This document shows, piece after piece, positions 1 through 14,354 of a DNA stretch of 64,000 nt (positions are counted from its first letter, which is position 1; the number at the start of each line of letters is the position of its first letter). The DNA is from Octopus vulgaris. Taxonomy: Eukaryota. Both the position numbers and the translations under genes were made by a program. The notes under the pieces were generated by a model. The model did no database searches and was not told the DNA's origin. It worked only from the letters and a program-made list of their open reading frames with translations. The DNA lies in the NCBI GenBank assembly GCA_951406725.2, contig OX597827.1, positions 26,970,001 through 27,034,000 on the forward strand, read 5' to 3'.

Positions 1-70
1 TATCTATCTATCTGTCTGTCTGTCTGTCTGTCTGTCTATTTGTCTGTCTATTTGTCTGTCTATCTATCTA

Positions 71-121
<51 letters not shown>

Positions 122-162
122 GTCTGTCTATCTGTCTCTCTATCTATCTATCTGTCTGTCTG
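1..162. repeat. (TCTA)n/(TCTG)n compound tetranucleotide microsatellite
   Basis: Direct reading of the sequence. Confidence 0.95.
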
Positions 163-283
163 AAATGTTTTGCTCAAATCACAACGTGCTGCCCTGTCAG
201 GGAATCGAACCCACGATCGTGATTGCTGTATGCAGGTATAGCGATCGTGAGTACGGCGGCCTAACCACTAGTACGTGCGCATC
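163..283 (-). mobile_element. tRNA(Arg-like)-derived SINE head fragment
   Basis: Minus strand has A box tagtggttagg and B box ggttcgattccc, then gttgtgatttgagcaaaacatttc as in the copy at 22858-23180. Confidence 0.7.
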
Positions 284-327
284 GACTGCGTATGTATATA
301 TGTATATTTATAGATATGTAAGTGGGC

Positions 328-389
<62 letters not shown>

Positions 390-400
<11 letters not shown>

Positions 401-612
401 TGTGTCTGTGTTTGCACCCCGACCCCATCAATGCTTGGCAACCGATACTGGTATGTTTACGTCCCCGTAACATTAGCGGTTCAGCAAAAGATACCGATAG
501 AATAAGTACTGGGTTTACAAAGAATAAGTCTCGGGTCGATTTGTTTGACTAAAAGCGGTGCTGCAGTATGGCCGCAGTCAAATGACTGAAACGAATAAAA
601 GAATAGAAGAGT
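390..612 (+). mobile_element. SINE family A, 3' half
   Basis: tttacgtccccgtaac..ttagcggtt..gatagaataagtact..ggccgcagtcaaatgactgaaac matches the 3' half of 60004-60436. Confidence 0.85.
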
Positions 613-1763
613 ATTTATAGTGTTAAACACTTCCGGTATATAAATTAGAGACTCCTTCAGAGAGTAACTGCTGCATTTGAGTATATAAGCAGTTTGGCTA
701 CTTCTTTCTTTGGAGATTGTCAAAGTGATGTGGACACCTCTTATGAGAACCCAATAAGGTCCGAAAATCGATTAAGGTTGTTCATCATATTTTTTTTCAG
801 TGTGCGGAGAAATAGCTAAAATTTGTCCTGTTTATAGTAATACCATACGTTACGTATATTATATATATATATGTATATGTATATATATATGTGTGTGTGT
901 ATACGTATATATGCACTCAATTTTTCGTATTGACTTCTGTGTGAGTTAATGATTCGTTCCGGTAACACATATACCCATACATGCTATGCACCTACAGCAC
1001 TGCTGTAACAGCGAAGGTTGGAAGGCTGAAGAAAGATTACTTCCTTCGCCATGGTAAAGGAAGAATAGTCAAGGAATCAAAGTAATGAGGGTTCCAAGAA
1101 TGGCGGACTGGAAAGAAGGAATGATAAATAGGAAAAGTTGAAGGAAGAAAGGGCGGAAGAGAGACAAGATGGAGGAAAGAATGAAGGGAGGGAGAGGGTG
1201 AAAAAGGAGTGGGTGGTTGAAGATTTGGCTGTACAGATAAACAAAATGGTTGCTTGGAAAGAAAAAGAAGGGCGATGGAGATGAAGGTGACCGTTGAGAA
1301 AGGAGAATACAGCAAAAGAAGTGGGGGATGTGGGAGGAAGAAGGTACTTTAAGAAGAAAATAATTGTGAGAGTCAGAAGGTACTTTAAGTATGGTATTCG
1401 TGATATCTTTTTCTTTATTTTTATTGGTCTGTTTGTGGTGTTAATAGGGACATTACTAGTGAGTTGAGGGAGGTGAGACAGAAATAAAATGCAACACGCT
1501 CACACACACAAACGACGCATATACAGATATAAACAAGCACACACAACAACACATACACAAAGACACACACACACACGCGCGCACGCACACACACACACAC
1601 ACACAGCTACACAGATGCACACATGCGTACAATGATAAGCATATACAGTAAAAAGAGAGCCCCCAATAGATATTGTTTAGCTCCAGTTCAGTTCACATAG
1701 AGACAGATGACAAAAAAGCGTTCCAGCCGTGACCACCTCAATATGTTTAGGTATTGTCTAGAG

Positions 1764-2053
1764 CAGCGGTTCCCAAAGTAGGCGGTATTTTATCACCGAG
1801 GGCGGAGGAAATTGAAGAAAAGTGGGGCGATAATGGGGTAGCGATTCATCTAAAAAGTGAGGCGATAAAGGGGTAGCGATCCCTGTAAAAACAACAAAAT
1901 AATGGGTTCATTGGGTTAAATTTTGTTTGTGAAATGCTTTGAATTTGCTTCAGAAAGAGGTCTATGTGTGTGGTGGTTAGTTGGGATGTGTGCACTAAAA
2001 ATGTAGCCTGAGTGTCAAGGGGGCGGCAGCCCGAAAAAGTTTGGGAACCAGTG
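1764..2053. mobile_element. hAT (Charlie-like) MITE
   Basis: TIRs cagcggttcccaaa / tttgggaaccagtg; GC-rich subterminal motifs; internal duplication aaaagtgrggcgataa.ggggtagcgat; no ORF. Confidence 0.7.
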
Positions 2054-2304
2054 AGCTAAAACAACAACGTTATATGAGCCAGAATACTGTTTCATTGGGC
2101 CGGCCTGTGACAACGCATTGTCACCCGTTAGCTCTCCCTCCCTCCACACACAAGAGAAAAAGCAAAGGACTTTGGTGAAAACCAAGGACGGCTTTACTAT
2201 TAAAATATGGTTTCTGATTGGTAAATAATACGAGACAGGTGACGTTATGAACGTAAATGCTTTGTACTTGATAAATTCTTTATTGAGGTGAAAGAACCCG
2301 TGAT

Positions 2305-2354
<50 letters not shown>

Positions 2355-4366
2355 ACAATACTTAATGTGGCTGTAATGTAAGAACGCTATAATAATGCGG
2401 TATTCGTCACGATAGAGAACCGATGTTAGACAACTTTTATCTTCTAATGATATTCCTAAGCTTTTAAGCACTAAACGTCTATACGAGATTCTCTCTCAAG
2501 ACAAACACTGCAGTATTACTGCATTCTTACAGTACATCCACGTTAAGTAGGACATAAAGATTGCAATTCTGTACTAATACTGCTCCCCCCTCTCTCTCTG
2601 AAAATATATGTATGTAATTTAACATCTATCTAACTATCTATTTAGCCATATATATATATATATACATGTGTATATTTAGTCTATTAACAGCCAATTCCTG
2701 AAAGCTAACGGTTTCATGCTGAAGGACCCTCAAGTTTTGTAATGGTAACTTAGCAATCAACAGAGATAGCTGAATAGAAGAGTAAATTGCTAAAGCTGTA
2801 TCCTTCCTTTCAAGAATGTCCGATGACTGTAAATTTACGCACTTGGAAAGGTTCTTCAACATGAAACAATTCGGCTGTTATGAGGCTAAATTGGCTGTTA
2901 TGAGGCTAAATTTATACTATAAATATAGTACGCCGCTTTACTACCTCATGTACGTGGACCAGTTATTCTGGTTTATAAAAACTTATGGGACATCAATGTG
3001 GGTGTGCACACATGTGCGAACCAAGAAATGTAACTATGCAGGTATTAACAAAACAGTGTAAAGCTATATATTTATATTTATTGGAATCTAAAAATGTCAT
3101 CTATCATTATTTCGACGTTCTCGTTTCCGATCTTCGGACGATAATACGTGAAAGCCGGAGTAACTATTGGTGAAGTTTCCTGTTCTGTGTTGCCGAATAG
3201 TCTGTTCTTAGGTTCTAATCTTTCCTTTGATTTTCTTCATTTATAAAATGACCAACGTTTATGAGAAAGGGGAAAATGCAAGTTTATATGGAAATATCGT
3301 GAATGAATTGGGAAGAGGAATAATTGAGTGAGAGCGACAAATATCTAAATTGCATGGAATTAAGAGGATTATAAGGAATTCGGGAAAACAGGGAGCGGAG
3401 TAGAAGGGAGAGAGAGAGAGGGGTGGGGTAAGAGAAAAGCGCCAAAGGAGACTGTTACAGTTGACGATAGAGAATAAAAGAGAGATTCAGAAAATGTGTG
3501 TGTAGGTGTGGGTATGCGCGTGCGTGTGTGTTTATGTACGTGTTTGTGTGTGTGGTTATGTAGGTTTTTGTGCGTGTGTGTGTGTGTTTATATATTTGTG
3601 TGTAATGAGTGAGTATGGGAGTGTGTAGCGGAATCTGTGCATTTGTGAGTCAATGTGTGTGTGTGTTGATACGATGCGTGTGTACTCGGATGATAGTGTG
3701 TGTGTGTGTGTGTGTATGTGTGTGCGTGCGTACAAGAGAGTATGTGTTTGTGTATATAAAGGCGTCGGTATTTATGTGTGTGTGTAGGGGAGTATGTTTT
3801 TGTATTTATGCGTGACTGTGTGAGATATATAATGTGTGTGTGTGTGTGTCTTTGTGAGGAATATTAAGTATGCGAGTAAGTAACGCAGTGTAGGAACATA
3901 AATACGAATGAGTGTGTGTGTGTGTGTGTGTGTGTGTGTACAGGTGAGTGTAATGGAGTTAGTGAAATGATATCACAAAGTCAATATAATACTTTGATGT
4001 CCAATCTACAAGACCAGATGATAAAATAATTCCCATCGATTTTTTTTTTTACTTCCAACCTCTAATTTAAGGTTGACTCCATATAAACGTTGGTGGACTC
4101 AAAGAGCAAAGTTTAAAGTGCTACATTCGTCGGTATCATATGCACTGGCTGCAGTTTCCCAATTTGGTATTCAGGAGATCTGAAGGCCACATCTGGCCGG
4201 GTCATTACGATACTGGCCTTTCTGAACCTAATTTCACAAATAGCTTTTATCGCAGATTCAAAAGTACATTGCTTTGTAAAATATAGAGCAAAGCGAGGCA
4301 ATGAGAAAGTTCTCTATTTGAGATCAACCTGCTTGAAAAAGCAGACAAATCTCCCTCTTAAATATT

Positions 4367-4757
4367 GTAGCTGTGTGGTAAGAAGTTTTCCTCCCAACCA
4401 TATGGTTTCGGGTTCAATCCCACCGTGTGGCTTCTTGGGCAAGTGCCCTTTGCTATAACTCCGGTCCGACCAAGGCCTTGTGAGTAGATTTGGTAGAAGG
4501 ATACTAAAAGAATCTCCTCGTATATATATGTGTGTGTGTGTGTGTGTATGTATGTGCGTGTGTGTCTGTTTTACCCCACCACTACTTGACAACCAGTGTT
4601 TAAGTCCCCCTAACTTAGCAGCTCGCCATAAGCGATCGATAGAATAAGCACTAGACTTGAAGAATGATCTGGGGGCGATTTGGTCGGCTGATCTCTTGAA
4701 GGCGGTGCCCCAGTGTGGCTGCCGTACAATAATGAAAACAAATAAAAGATGAAAGAT
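4367..4757 (+). mobile_element. SINE family A (tRNA-derived head, CORE-like block, internal microsatellite)
   Basis: Head ctgtgtggtaag..ggttcaatccc, block cttgggcaagtg, internal (TA)(TG)n, tail gaaaacaaataaaagat. Confidence 0.85.
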
Positions 4758-5619
4758 ATCTCGAAATAAAGAAGTATAGACTGGATAATGTATTAAACCC
4801 CACCCCCCCAGAACACGCCCCCTCCTCCACCTTTCCCGAAACTGGAGGAAGTTCGGCAGACTCAGATAAGCAGCCGTCCTTCCCAACCCCACGCCGCTTT
4901 CCACTGCTCCAGCTCCGAAGATCCATGCATATATAATTATCTAACATTTATCTCGAGTTAATGTTTTCCACAAATTAGGGAGCTAATGGTGGGCCCGTTT
5001 TAATAATTGGGAAACTCTCTCCCTTCCTCCCGCCCCAGTCGAAATTCTAGCTACGCCCATGGAGGAATACAAAAGGGACAGGATAGTCACGACTGGAATA
5101 GCTTTGATCTTAGGGGCTGCTCGTTGATGCAGGACTGATTTGGGTTTAAACAAAACATTACCACCACCACTACCACCACCACCAACAACAACAACAACAA
5201 CAACAACCCATTATCCAATGAAATATTTCTCCCCATAATCATTATTAATAAAGTCGAAGTTAATACGAGGGAGTTTTAGATGCTATATTTAGCAGGTCAA
5301 GCGAATACGTTATGTATGTCCACATTGGAACGCTAGTTCCTTTGTTTTGTTAAGTCCTCCGATTCAGCCGTGATTTTATAGACCTATGATCAGAGGTTTT
5401 CTAAACGTGACCATCCTACCTTTTCGTTTATTTAGGATTGACGTCAACCAATGTGTGTATGTATGTGTGTGCGTATGGTCTTCTTTATTAAAGACGACAG
5501 GGAGAGATTTAATAGAGATTTGGTTACTATGTCTAGCAGATCAAGTGACTATGTCGATGTATGTAGTAGGGGTATTGAGTGCTGTATATGTATGTGTGTG
5601 TATGTGTATGTATATATGT

Positions 5620-6148
<529 letters not shown>

Positions 6149-6544
6149 GAAGAAGTAGGGTTGGCAGGAAGGCCTGCACTCTGTTTACGTAAGTTATTGG
6201 CAAACGGTCACGGTAGAATAGTTCGGCTTATCATTGTATAGGAACGTTGACATTGTTCAGACAACAAATGTTGAAATATGCTGTCTGGCTTAGAAACTAC
6301 ATAATTCCATGGAAAAGGAGAACGCTTCGCTGGTTTTTGGTAGCAGAGCATGGCATGGAATGTAAAACTGTTTACTCACTCACTATGCGTGATTTCTAAT
6401 ATCCACTCATGAATGAGCGACTGCATAAACTATGGAAGCTCATAAAGGTTATAGTCAACTTACAGTTTTTCTGTTTTCTTTCTTTTTTTTACTGTTTTGA
6501 TTCATTCATTGTCATAGGCTTATATCGGATTTACTTATTTATTT

Positions 6545-6926
6545 ATTCTTTTAATTCGTCTATTTGTTTCAGTCATGTGACTGCGGCCATGCTGGAGCAC
6601 AGCCTTTTTAGTCGAACAAATCGACCCAAAGACTTTATTCTTTGTAAGCCTAGTACTTTATCAGGCTCTTCTGCCGAAACGCTAAGTTACGGGAACGCAA
6701 ACACACCAACGATGGGGGAGGACAGGTACAAACACATACACACACACACGCACACACGCACAAATACACAGGCTTCTTTCAGTTTCCGTCTACTAAATCC
6801 ATTCACAAGTCTTGGTCGGCCCTACGCAATAGTAGTAGACACTTGACCAAGGTGTCACGCAGTTGGACTGAAACCGGACCCATGTGGTTGAAAAGCATGC
6901 TTCTTACCACACAGCCACGCCTGCGC
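6545..6926 (-). mobile_element. SINE family A
   Basis: Reverse complement of the family A consensus. Confidence 0.85.
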
Positions 6927-7136
6927 ATTTGCGTCTGTTGTTTTTTCATTCTTTTACTGGTTCAGTTATTGGACAGCGGCCATCGCCTTTGAAGGTTTTC
7001 GTCCAAAAATATTGACTCCTGTAATTATGTTTTATTGAATAAAAAGAAAAAAAATTGAGTTGGGCGAACTCGTTGAAAGAATTTAGTTCTGAATCCTTAC
7101 GAAAATGTTGGATACATTAAAATAATATTGGATATA

Positions 7137-7297
7137 GGCGCGTGTGTGACTATGAAGTATGAAGCTTGCTTCCCAACCGCATGGTTCCGGGTTCAGTCCA
7201 TTGCGTGGCACCTTGGGCAAATGTCTTTTACTGTAGCCTCGGGCCGACTAAAGCCTTGTGAGTGGATTTGGTAGACGGAAACTGAAAGAAGCACGTA
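7137..7297 (+). mobile_element. SINE family A, 5' half
   Basis: ggttccgggttcagtcc..ggcaccttgggcaa..gtagacggaaactgaaagaag. Confidence 0.85.
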
Positions 7298-7348
<51 letters not shown>

Positions 7349-7563
7349 CGTTTATATATTTGTTGTGCAAGATTTTTTATGTGAAGTCGTGTGTTGAAAC
7401 AGATATTGTTATATTTCGGAATGGTCAATTTGCCAGTTTCGCCAATAAAAATACACGCACTATATATTTGGTGTTATTTTACTTCGGTGTTATTTATTTT
7501 TTACATTAATCTTAATCTTATTTCGGCCATATATATATATATATATATGTATGTATATATATA

Positions 7564-7725
7564 GGCGCAGGAGTGGCTGTGTGGTAAGTAGTTTGCTTAC
7601 CAACCACATGGTTCCGAGTTCAGTCCCACTGCATGGTACCTTGGGCAACTGTCTTCTATTACACCCTCGAATCGACCAATGCCTTGTGAGTGGATTTGGT
7701 GGACGAAACCTGAAAGAAGCCCGTC

Positions 7726-7780
<55 letters not shown>

Positions 7781-7954
7781 TGTCCCCACACCGTTTGATA
7801 ACTGATGCTGGTATGTTTACGTCTCCGTAACTTAGCGGTTCATCAATAAACACCCGTAGAGGCTTAAAAATATAAGTCCTGAGGTCGATTCATTCGACTA
7901 AAAGTTCTTCATGGCTGCTATGTAATGACTGAAACATGTAGAAGATATAAAGAG
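7564..7954 (+). mobile_element. SINE family A, full length
   Basis: ggcgcaggagtggctgtgtggtaagtag head through the gactgaaac tail. Confidence 0.9.
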
Positions 7955-8149
7955 TGATAGTCAGTGCTGGAACGTCATAAACCAGATCTGCTCGATTAAA
8001 ACGAACTCAGTATTTGAGATCAACAATAATAAAACCAAAAAATAACTGAAATAAAATACTTAATTTGGGAAACATTAAAAATCTTTTTGTTATTGAACAT
8101 ATTTATCGATTTCTACTCAAAGAATATTGGAGAATTATTGGCTTGAATT

Positions 8150-8356
8150 TTGGGCTCAAGATTAGCAATTTCGGGTGAAGGGGTTAAGTCGATTAAATCG
8201 CCCCCCAGTACTCAACTGGTATTTATTTTAATCGAGCACGAAAGGATAAAACGCAAAGTCGGCCTCTATGAATTTTGAACTCAGTACATAAAGACGGACG
8301 AAATGCCGCTAAGCATTTCCCCCGGTGTTCTAACGATTCTGCCAGCTCACCGCCTT
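8150..8356 (-). mobile_element. SINE family B (Meta-domain-like)
   Basis: Minus-strand head aaggcggtgagctggcagaatcgttag and a degenerate cttttatcctttcg..tcgattaaaataaataccag block. Confidence 0.75.
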
Positions 8357-8698
8357 TATCGGTAACATATTATTACCATGGAATTTTGGAGTTGTCTTTC
8401 CGTAATAAGTGCATTGATATAAGGCCATGCGTTGAAAATGAATCGATAACTTCATAGGAGAACTATTTTGGTTATTGAAAAAAGAAATTTTGAGCTGACG
8501 AATTTTCATTGTACAACTGGGCTGACCCATACCTGTAATATAAGGCATTCACCTATGGTTCCATTAGGGGAGATCGAACCTATTACTTCCTGATTGAGAA
8601 ACAAATTTCTAACCATTCAGCCAATCTGGGTCCACAGATATCTACACACATAGTTGCATACATACATACATACATACATACATACATACATACATACA

Positions 8699-8729
<31 letters not shown>

Positions 8730-9000
8730 GCATATAGATACATACGTATATGAGAATACGTACCTGCATGCATACACGACTCATCTAACATTCCCTTTTC
8801 AAATTCATTTTGTAAGCGGAACCATAGAAATATGCAAGATTTTTCTAAACTTCAAGCATTTACATCTTTACCGTTGTTAATATCCAGATTCCAACAATGG
8901 ACCTTTGTTCCCTTCTCAGAGACCAATTCCTTCTCTGCAGCAAGAGTTGCAATGATTAAAAGACAAAAAATAAACTATACATACATTCCATGTACATCTA

Positions 9001-9070
<70 letters not shown>

Positions 9071-9499
9071 TCAGCACATGTATAGATACATATATAATAT
9101 AACAAGCAGAACAAATATTAGGTGCATATAGCATACACACACACTCACAAACATACATACATATGTACAGCAAACATGGCAGCAATTAAGCAATACGCTA
9201 TCCTACATAAAACCACGGTAACTTAATCAGGCAAGAGAAATCAGCTGTGAAGAAAGGTCTGAATGAAAATCGATTCACAAGCTTACACAGTCATCATCTT
9301 CTTGTTGTGCTGCAGCTAAGATAGATGAGAGCCTATTAGGACAAAAACATGTTGATGTGGTTTTATTGAATACAAGATGTGTTCGACAGATTTATGGCAC
9401 TTCAAGTGTTCCATAAACTTGATTCTACTTATTATAAACTCACTCTACTGTGAGTGTGTGTGTGTATGTGTGCTTGTGTGTGGGTGCATGTGTGTATGT

Positions 9500-9534
<35 letters not shown>

Positions 9535-9741
9535 TAAGTGGAGGAGAGGGAAATGTAATCATAAAGATTCCATTTCAAGGGAGATGCGCAGGACTATTTC
9601 AATGCGTCCATAAAATGGGAGTTTGGTTTATGGGGGAGAATTAAGGAGTGACGGGGGTGGCATTTAAAATTGGTGATAGGTAGATACGCAGATGGATGGA
9701 TACGCAGACGGACAGACAGACAGATAGACAGACTGACAGAT

Positions 9742-9831
<90 letters not shown>

Positions 9832-10209
9832 TTAGATGGATGCCCGGTTTAGAGGTCTACATGCAATTTTACATAAATTTTCCTCGAAGAAGAAGGAGAG
9901 GTAGAAGAAGATAAATATAAGAAAGTATTTGTATGAATTGGTCGTTGGATCTAAACACCGATCGATCGATCGATCGATCAATCAATAAACAGACACATAC
10001 ATGCATATATACATATGAAACTATAGCCACGATTATACGTACAGACAAGACATATTAACATTCATGCTTGCATAAATACTTAGATGCGTCCGTACATTCA
10101 AGCATCCATCCATCCATCCATCAATACATACATATATACATAAGCTGACTGCTTCATAGATTGACTGACGAACAGAAACATATGTACAGATATAGATGCA
10201 TTGATTGAC

Positions 10210-10318
<109 letters not shown>

Positions 10319-10454
10319 TACATATACACACTTATAAATATATGTATATCTATTTACATATATTTGTACACATATATGTACATATACTTACATACAAACA
10401 TACACATTCATACATATGTATGTATATATGTATGTATGCATATATGTATGTATG

Positions 10455-10488
<34 letters not shown>

Positions 10489-11177
10489 TGTATGTATGTA
10501 TGTATGTATGTATGTATGTATGTGTGTGTTTGTGTATATATATATATATATATATATATAAACTCTAAAATGTTCAAAACATTAAAACAGCTATGAAATA
10601 TACACACTTATGTATGTATGTATGTATGTATGTATGTATGTATGTATGTATGTATGTATGTATGCATGTATGTATGTATGTATGTATGTATGTATGTATG
10701 TATGTATGTATGTATGTATGTAGACGGTCTTAAAATGCACTTTGAAATGCTTGTTAGGAGCGCGGACGCTTCCCGGGATTATCTGCTATCGACTTAGATT
10801 TCGCATTAAAGTAAACCTCAGGGGAAACACACTGCAAAATTGTGTATGATCCCCCATTAAAGAACCAAATATAAAAGATTCTTAATGTTCAACGGTTGGC
10901 CCCGTGGAAAGCAACTCTATATTTGGAGAACAATAAAATACTTTCTCACAACGCTAATAAAATGGACGCCATGGCGTAGCGTTGCATTAACGTCATAGCA
11001 ACCACACAAACACACATATACATATATGCGCACACACAAACAGGCACAGACACACATAGGTTTCCATGTATGTATATGCGTCCGTATATATATCTGTGTG
11101 CGTGCATGTGTGTGTATGTGTGTACATAAACAAATATATTCATACACACATTCATATATATATATATATATATATGG

Positions 11178-11234
<57 letters not shown>

Positions 11235-11590
11235 AAAATTTAATTGTTTTCCATACTTACAGTTGAAAAAGTGTCAATGGCGGAAACCAGTACTAAAATG
11301 TTTTTTTTATAAAATTACTTTAGCATTTTCTACCTTGAATTTTTTCCATATATATATATCAACTCGTGTGTTCCTTTTCAACCTTCTACACACACGCATA
11401 CACACACACACACATACATACATGCACACACACACACACGCACACGCACGCACACACACACACATATTCACATATGCGTTTGATACGCATCTTCTACGAA
11501 ATTGCAGGCTGTTGAGTCACGTTTGTAACTTCTTAGCTGAGATATATGTGAGCGTTTGCGTATGAGCTTGTGCGTGTATTTATGCACGTG

Positions 11591-11644
<54 letters not shown>

Positions 11645-12814
11645 CATATAGACATATATATATATACATACATGCATACAGAAAATAATTGTGTACACAC
11701 ACGCGCGCGCACGCACAGACACAAACAAGCACAGATATATTGCAAAAGCTATTTCTAATAATCGCGGATTATGTTATCAACCGGTTATTGCTATCAAAAT
11801 GGCTTCATTCCAAAGCGATCACAATACACTGTTCCCACTGTGCGCCTACATGTGTGTGTGTGTGTGTGTGTATTTGTGTGCATAAATGTATGCGTTTGTG
11901 CATGTATTTAAACGTGTGTGTAGTCGAATATATATATATATATATACAGCAAGATATATCGATTGTTGTTCATACAATTTTATAAGTACGTGTGTGTGTT
12001 TGTCCTGATACGCAAGTCATTATTGCTTCTTTGGATGTATATAGGACTGCAGAGGTCAAATGTACAACGCTAATGCCCCAATTGTCGAAGATATTCCGTT
12101 TGTTTGTTTGTTTTTTAAGCCTTAAAACCGTGTATTATGTTTGTAGTTACGAAACGACTATTCCTGTGTGTTTGTAGTAAACAGTCAACTTAGTATATAC
12201 CAACAGTGATCTCATAATGGCTACACTATAATGGAGCTACGATAATGGACATATATATATTTATATATATATATATTTATATATCATATAAATGTTTGGT
12301 ATGATAATGGCGCGTTGTGTTAACGTTACTAAACAACAGCCGCCATTTGCAGTCGGGGAGAACTCGGTAGAATCGTTTGCCGTGGTTTGTCTAGCAGTCT
12401 TTGATGTCTTTGTAGTCTCAAGTAGATACATACACACTTATAACGCCCCGGCTACTGATCCAGTAGAGCATCCATGATGCGACAGCCAGACGTAAAAACG
12501 AGATGGACCAATACAACACAAGGCTGGAATGTTCATTATTAGAACTGAAGAAGATATTCCCAATTCTGTCAGTTATTTCGTTGTAGATATCTTTTGATTT
12601 ATAAATATTGCCATACACGCACCCACATATACACAGACAATACGCGTGTGCGTGGGGGAGCGATCAGAGATGAAAGAGAGTGATTTTCATACTATTTCAT
12701 TCAACGTACGATGGTTGATAACGCTAAGCAGCTCACCGCAAGTAAATTACCAAATAGGAACAGTGATGTTTTCTACTTGGGCCTTTTGGTTTTAAATTGC
12801 GACCAGCCACTTTG

Positions 12815-12878
<64 letters not shown>

Positions 12879-12913
12879 TAATTATGCTGGATAGAGGTGG
12901 TCAGACAGGAGAG

Positions 12914-12960
<47 letters not shown>

Positions 12961-12966
<6 letters not shown>

Positions 12967-13807
12967 GTCGTCCAATAAATAATGCGTTTTTTTATACATT
13001 TTTTGATTTTTCTAAGTTAAGATAAACAAAGTTCTCTTTTAATCTAAAATACACTCTCCTTCATTTTCTATATTTCTCTTCCATCGATCTGATAGACTTG
13101 CAAGGCTCCTCTTCCAAAATTCACTTGTCCGTGACAAAAACTACTCCTCCAATACTGTTTTGACCTTGTCAACAGAATTCATATTTTTCCGTCCAAATGA
13201 TTTTGAAAACTAAATGATAATCAGATGGGGCAACGTCCGGCGAATATGGTGCGTGGGGCATCGTTTCCCATTCAAACTTCTCCAGCCTTTGGAATATTAT
13301 CCTCGCTGTATGTGGCAGAGTATTATCCTGATGGAAGAACACCTTTCGTCTTGCAGCAGTTTCGATTTTGGATTTTGTTCCAGGACGTTCCAGGTTTGCA
13401 GGACGTCCTCACCCAGTTCTACAGATCTTCCAGAACGAGGTTTGTCTTCTAGGCTGTAGTTTCTAGCTCGGAATTTCCGGAACCACCGTTGACACTGGCT
13501 TACACTTATTGTCCGATCCCCATATACTACATTAATATTCCTCACACTTTCCGTTGCATTGTTGCCTTTATTGAACTCATAAAGGAAAATATGCCGAATA
13601 TACTCCTTTGTCACTTCCATTGTAGCTTTGAAAAAAATAACTGTTAAAATCGAACTGCACTCCTCAAAACTTGCACTAAGAATAAGGACAGGGTAAAACT
13701 ACTACCTGCATTTATAGCAAGTTGATGCAGGTAATTTATACCGTAGCCCCTCCGGATTTTAGTTCATGCAATTGAAAAATCCGCATTTTTTATAGGAAGA
13801 CCCAATA
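12961..13807 (-). mobile_element. mariner (Tc1/mariner) DNA transposon, internally deleted
   Basis: TIRs tattgggtcgtccaataaataatgcg / cgcattttttataggaagacccaata inside (TA)n; transposase remnants on the minus strand. Confidence 0.93.
13040..13620 (-). pseudogene. mariner transposase pseudogene (N-terminal HTH joined to a C-terminal remnant)
   Basis: MEVTKEYIRHIFLYEFNKGNNATES..CQRWFRKFR..SLEDKPRSGR (mariner HTH); PYSPDVAPSDYHL near 13250-13212 (YSPDLAPxD motif); most of the catalytic domain is missing. Confidence 0.9.
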
Positions 13808-13844
13808 TATATATATATATTGAATACACATACACAGAGAGAGA

Positions 13845-14228
13845 GGCGTAGCTGTGTAATGAGAAGTTTATTTCCCAACTGCATGGTTCCGGGTTCACTC
13901 CCACTGCGTGGCATCTTGGACAAGTGTCTTCTACTATAGCCTCGGGATTGACCAAAGCCTTGTGGGTGTAATTGGTAGATGGAAACTGAAAGAAGCCCAT
14001 CGTATATATATATACGTGTGTGTGTGTGCATCTTTCTGTATTTGTCAACCCCACCACCACCACCGCTTGATAATCAATGTTGGTGTGTTTACGTCCCCGT
14101 AACTTGGTGGTTCAGCAAAAAAGACTGATAGAATATATACCGGTCTTTGCGGGCTGGGCTCGATTCGTTGGACTAAAATTCTTCAAGACAGTGCAGCTCT
14201 CTGAGGCCGGTAAAAAAGTAAGAGATAA
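13845..14228 (+). mobile_element. SINE family A
   Basis: Head, CORE-like block and internal microsatellite; degenerate tail. Confidence 0.85.
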
Positions 14229-14354
14229 ATAGCTAATATATAACGGCCGAGACTTCGGTTTCACTATGTTAGGTCGCCGTATAGTTGTGTGGAGAGAGAC
14301 ACCATCACTGCGCCTTCAGCGTTCTACCAGTGGAACATTTGCGATAGACACGCC

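Noticed and set aside
2871-2912. 20-bp tandem duplication ggctgttatgaggctaaatt
   Set aside because: Simple local duplication with no further structure.
4314-4904. 196-aa ORF
   Set aside because: Antisense reading of a family A SINE.
4795-5061. DNA-transposon end (..ctagctacgcccatg); similar tgcggccc motifs at 28317-28357
   Set aside because: Only one putative terminus is visible, with no matching TIR or TSD to support a call.
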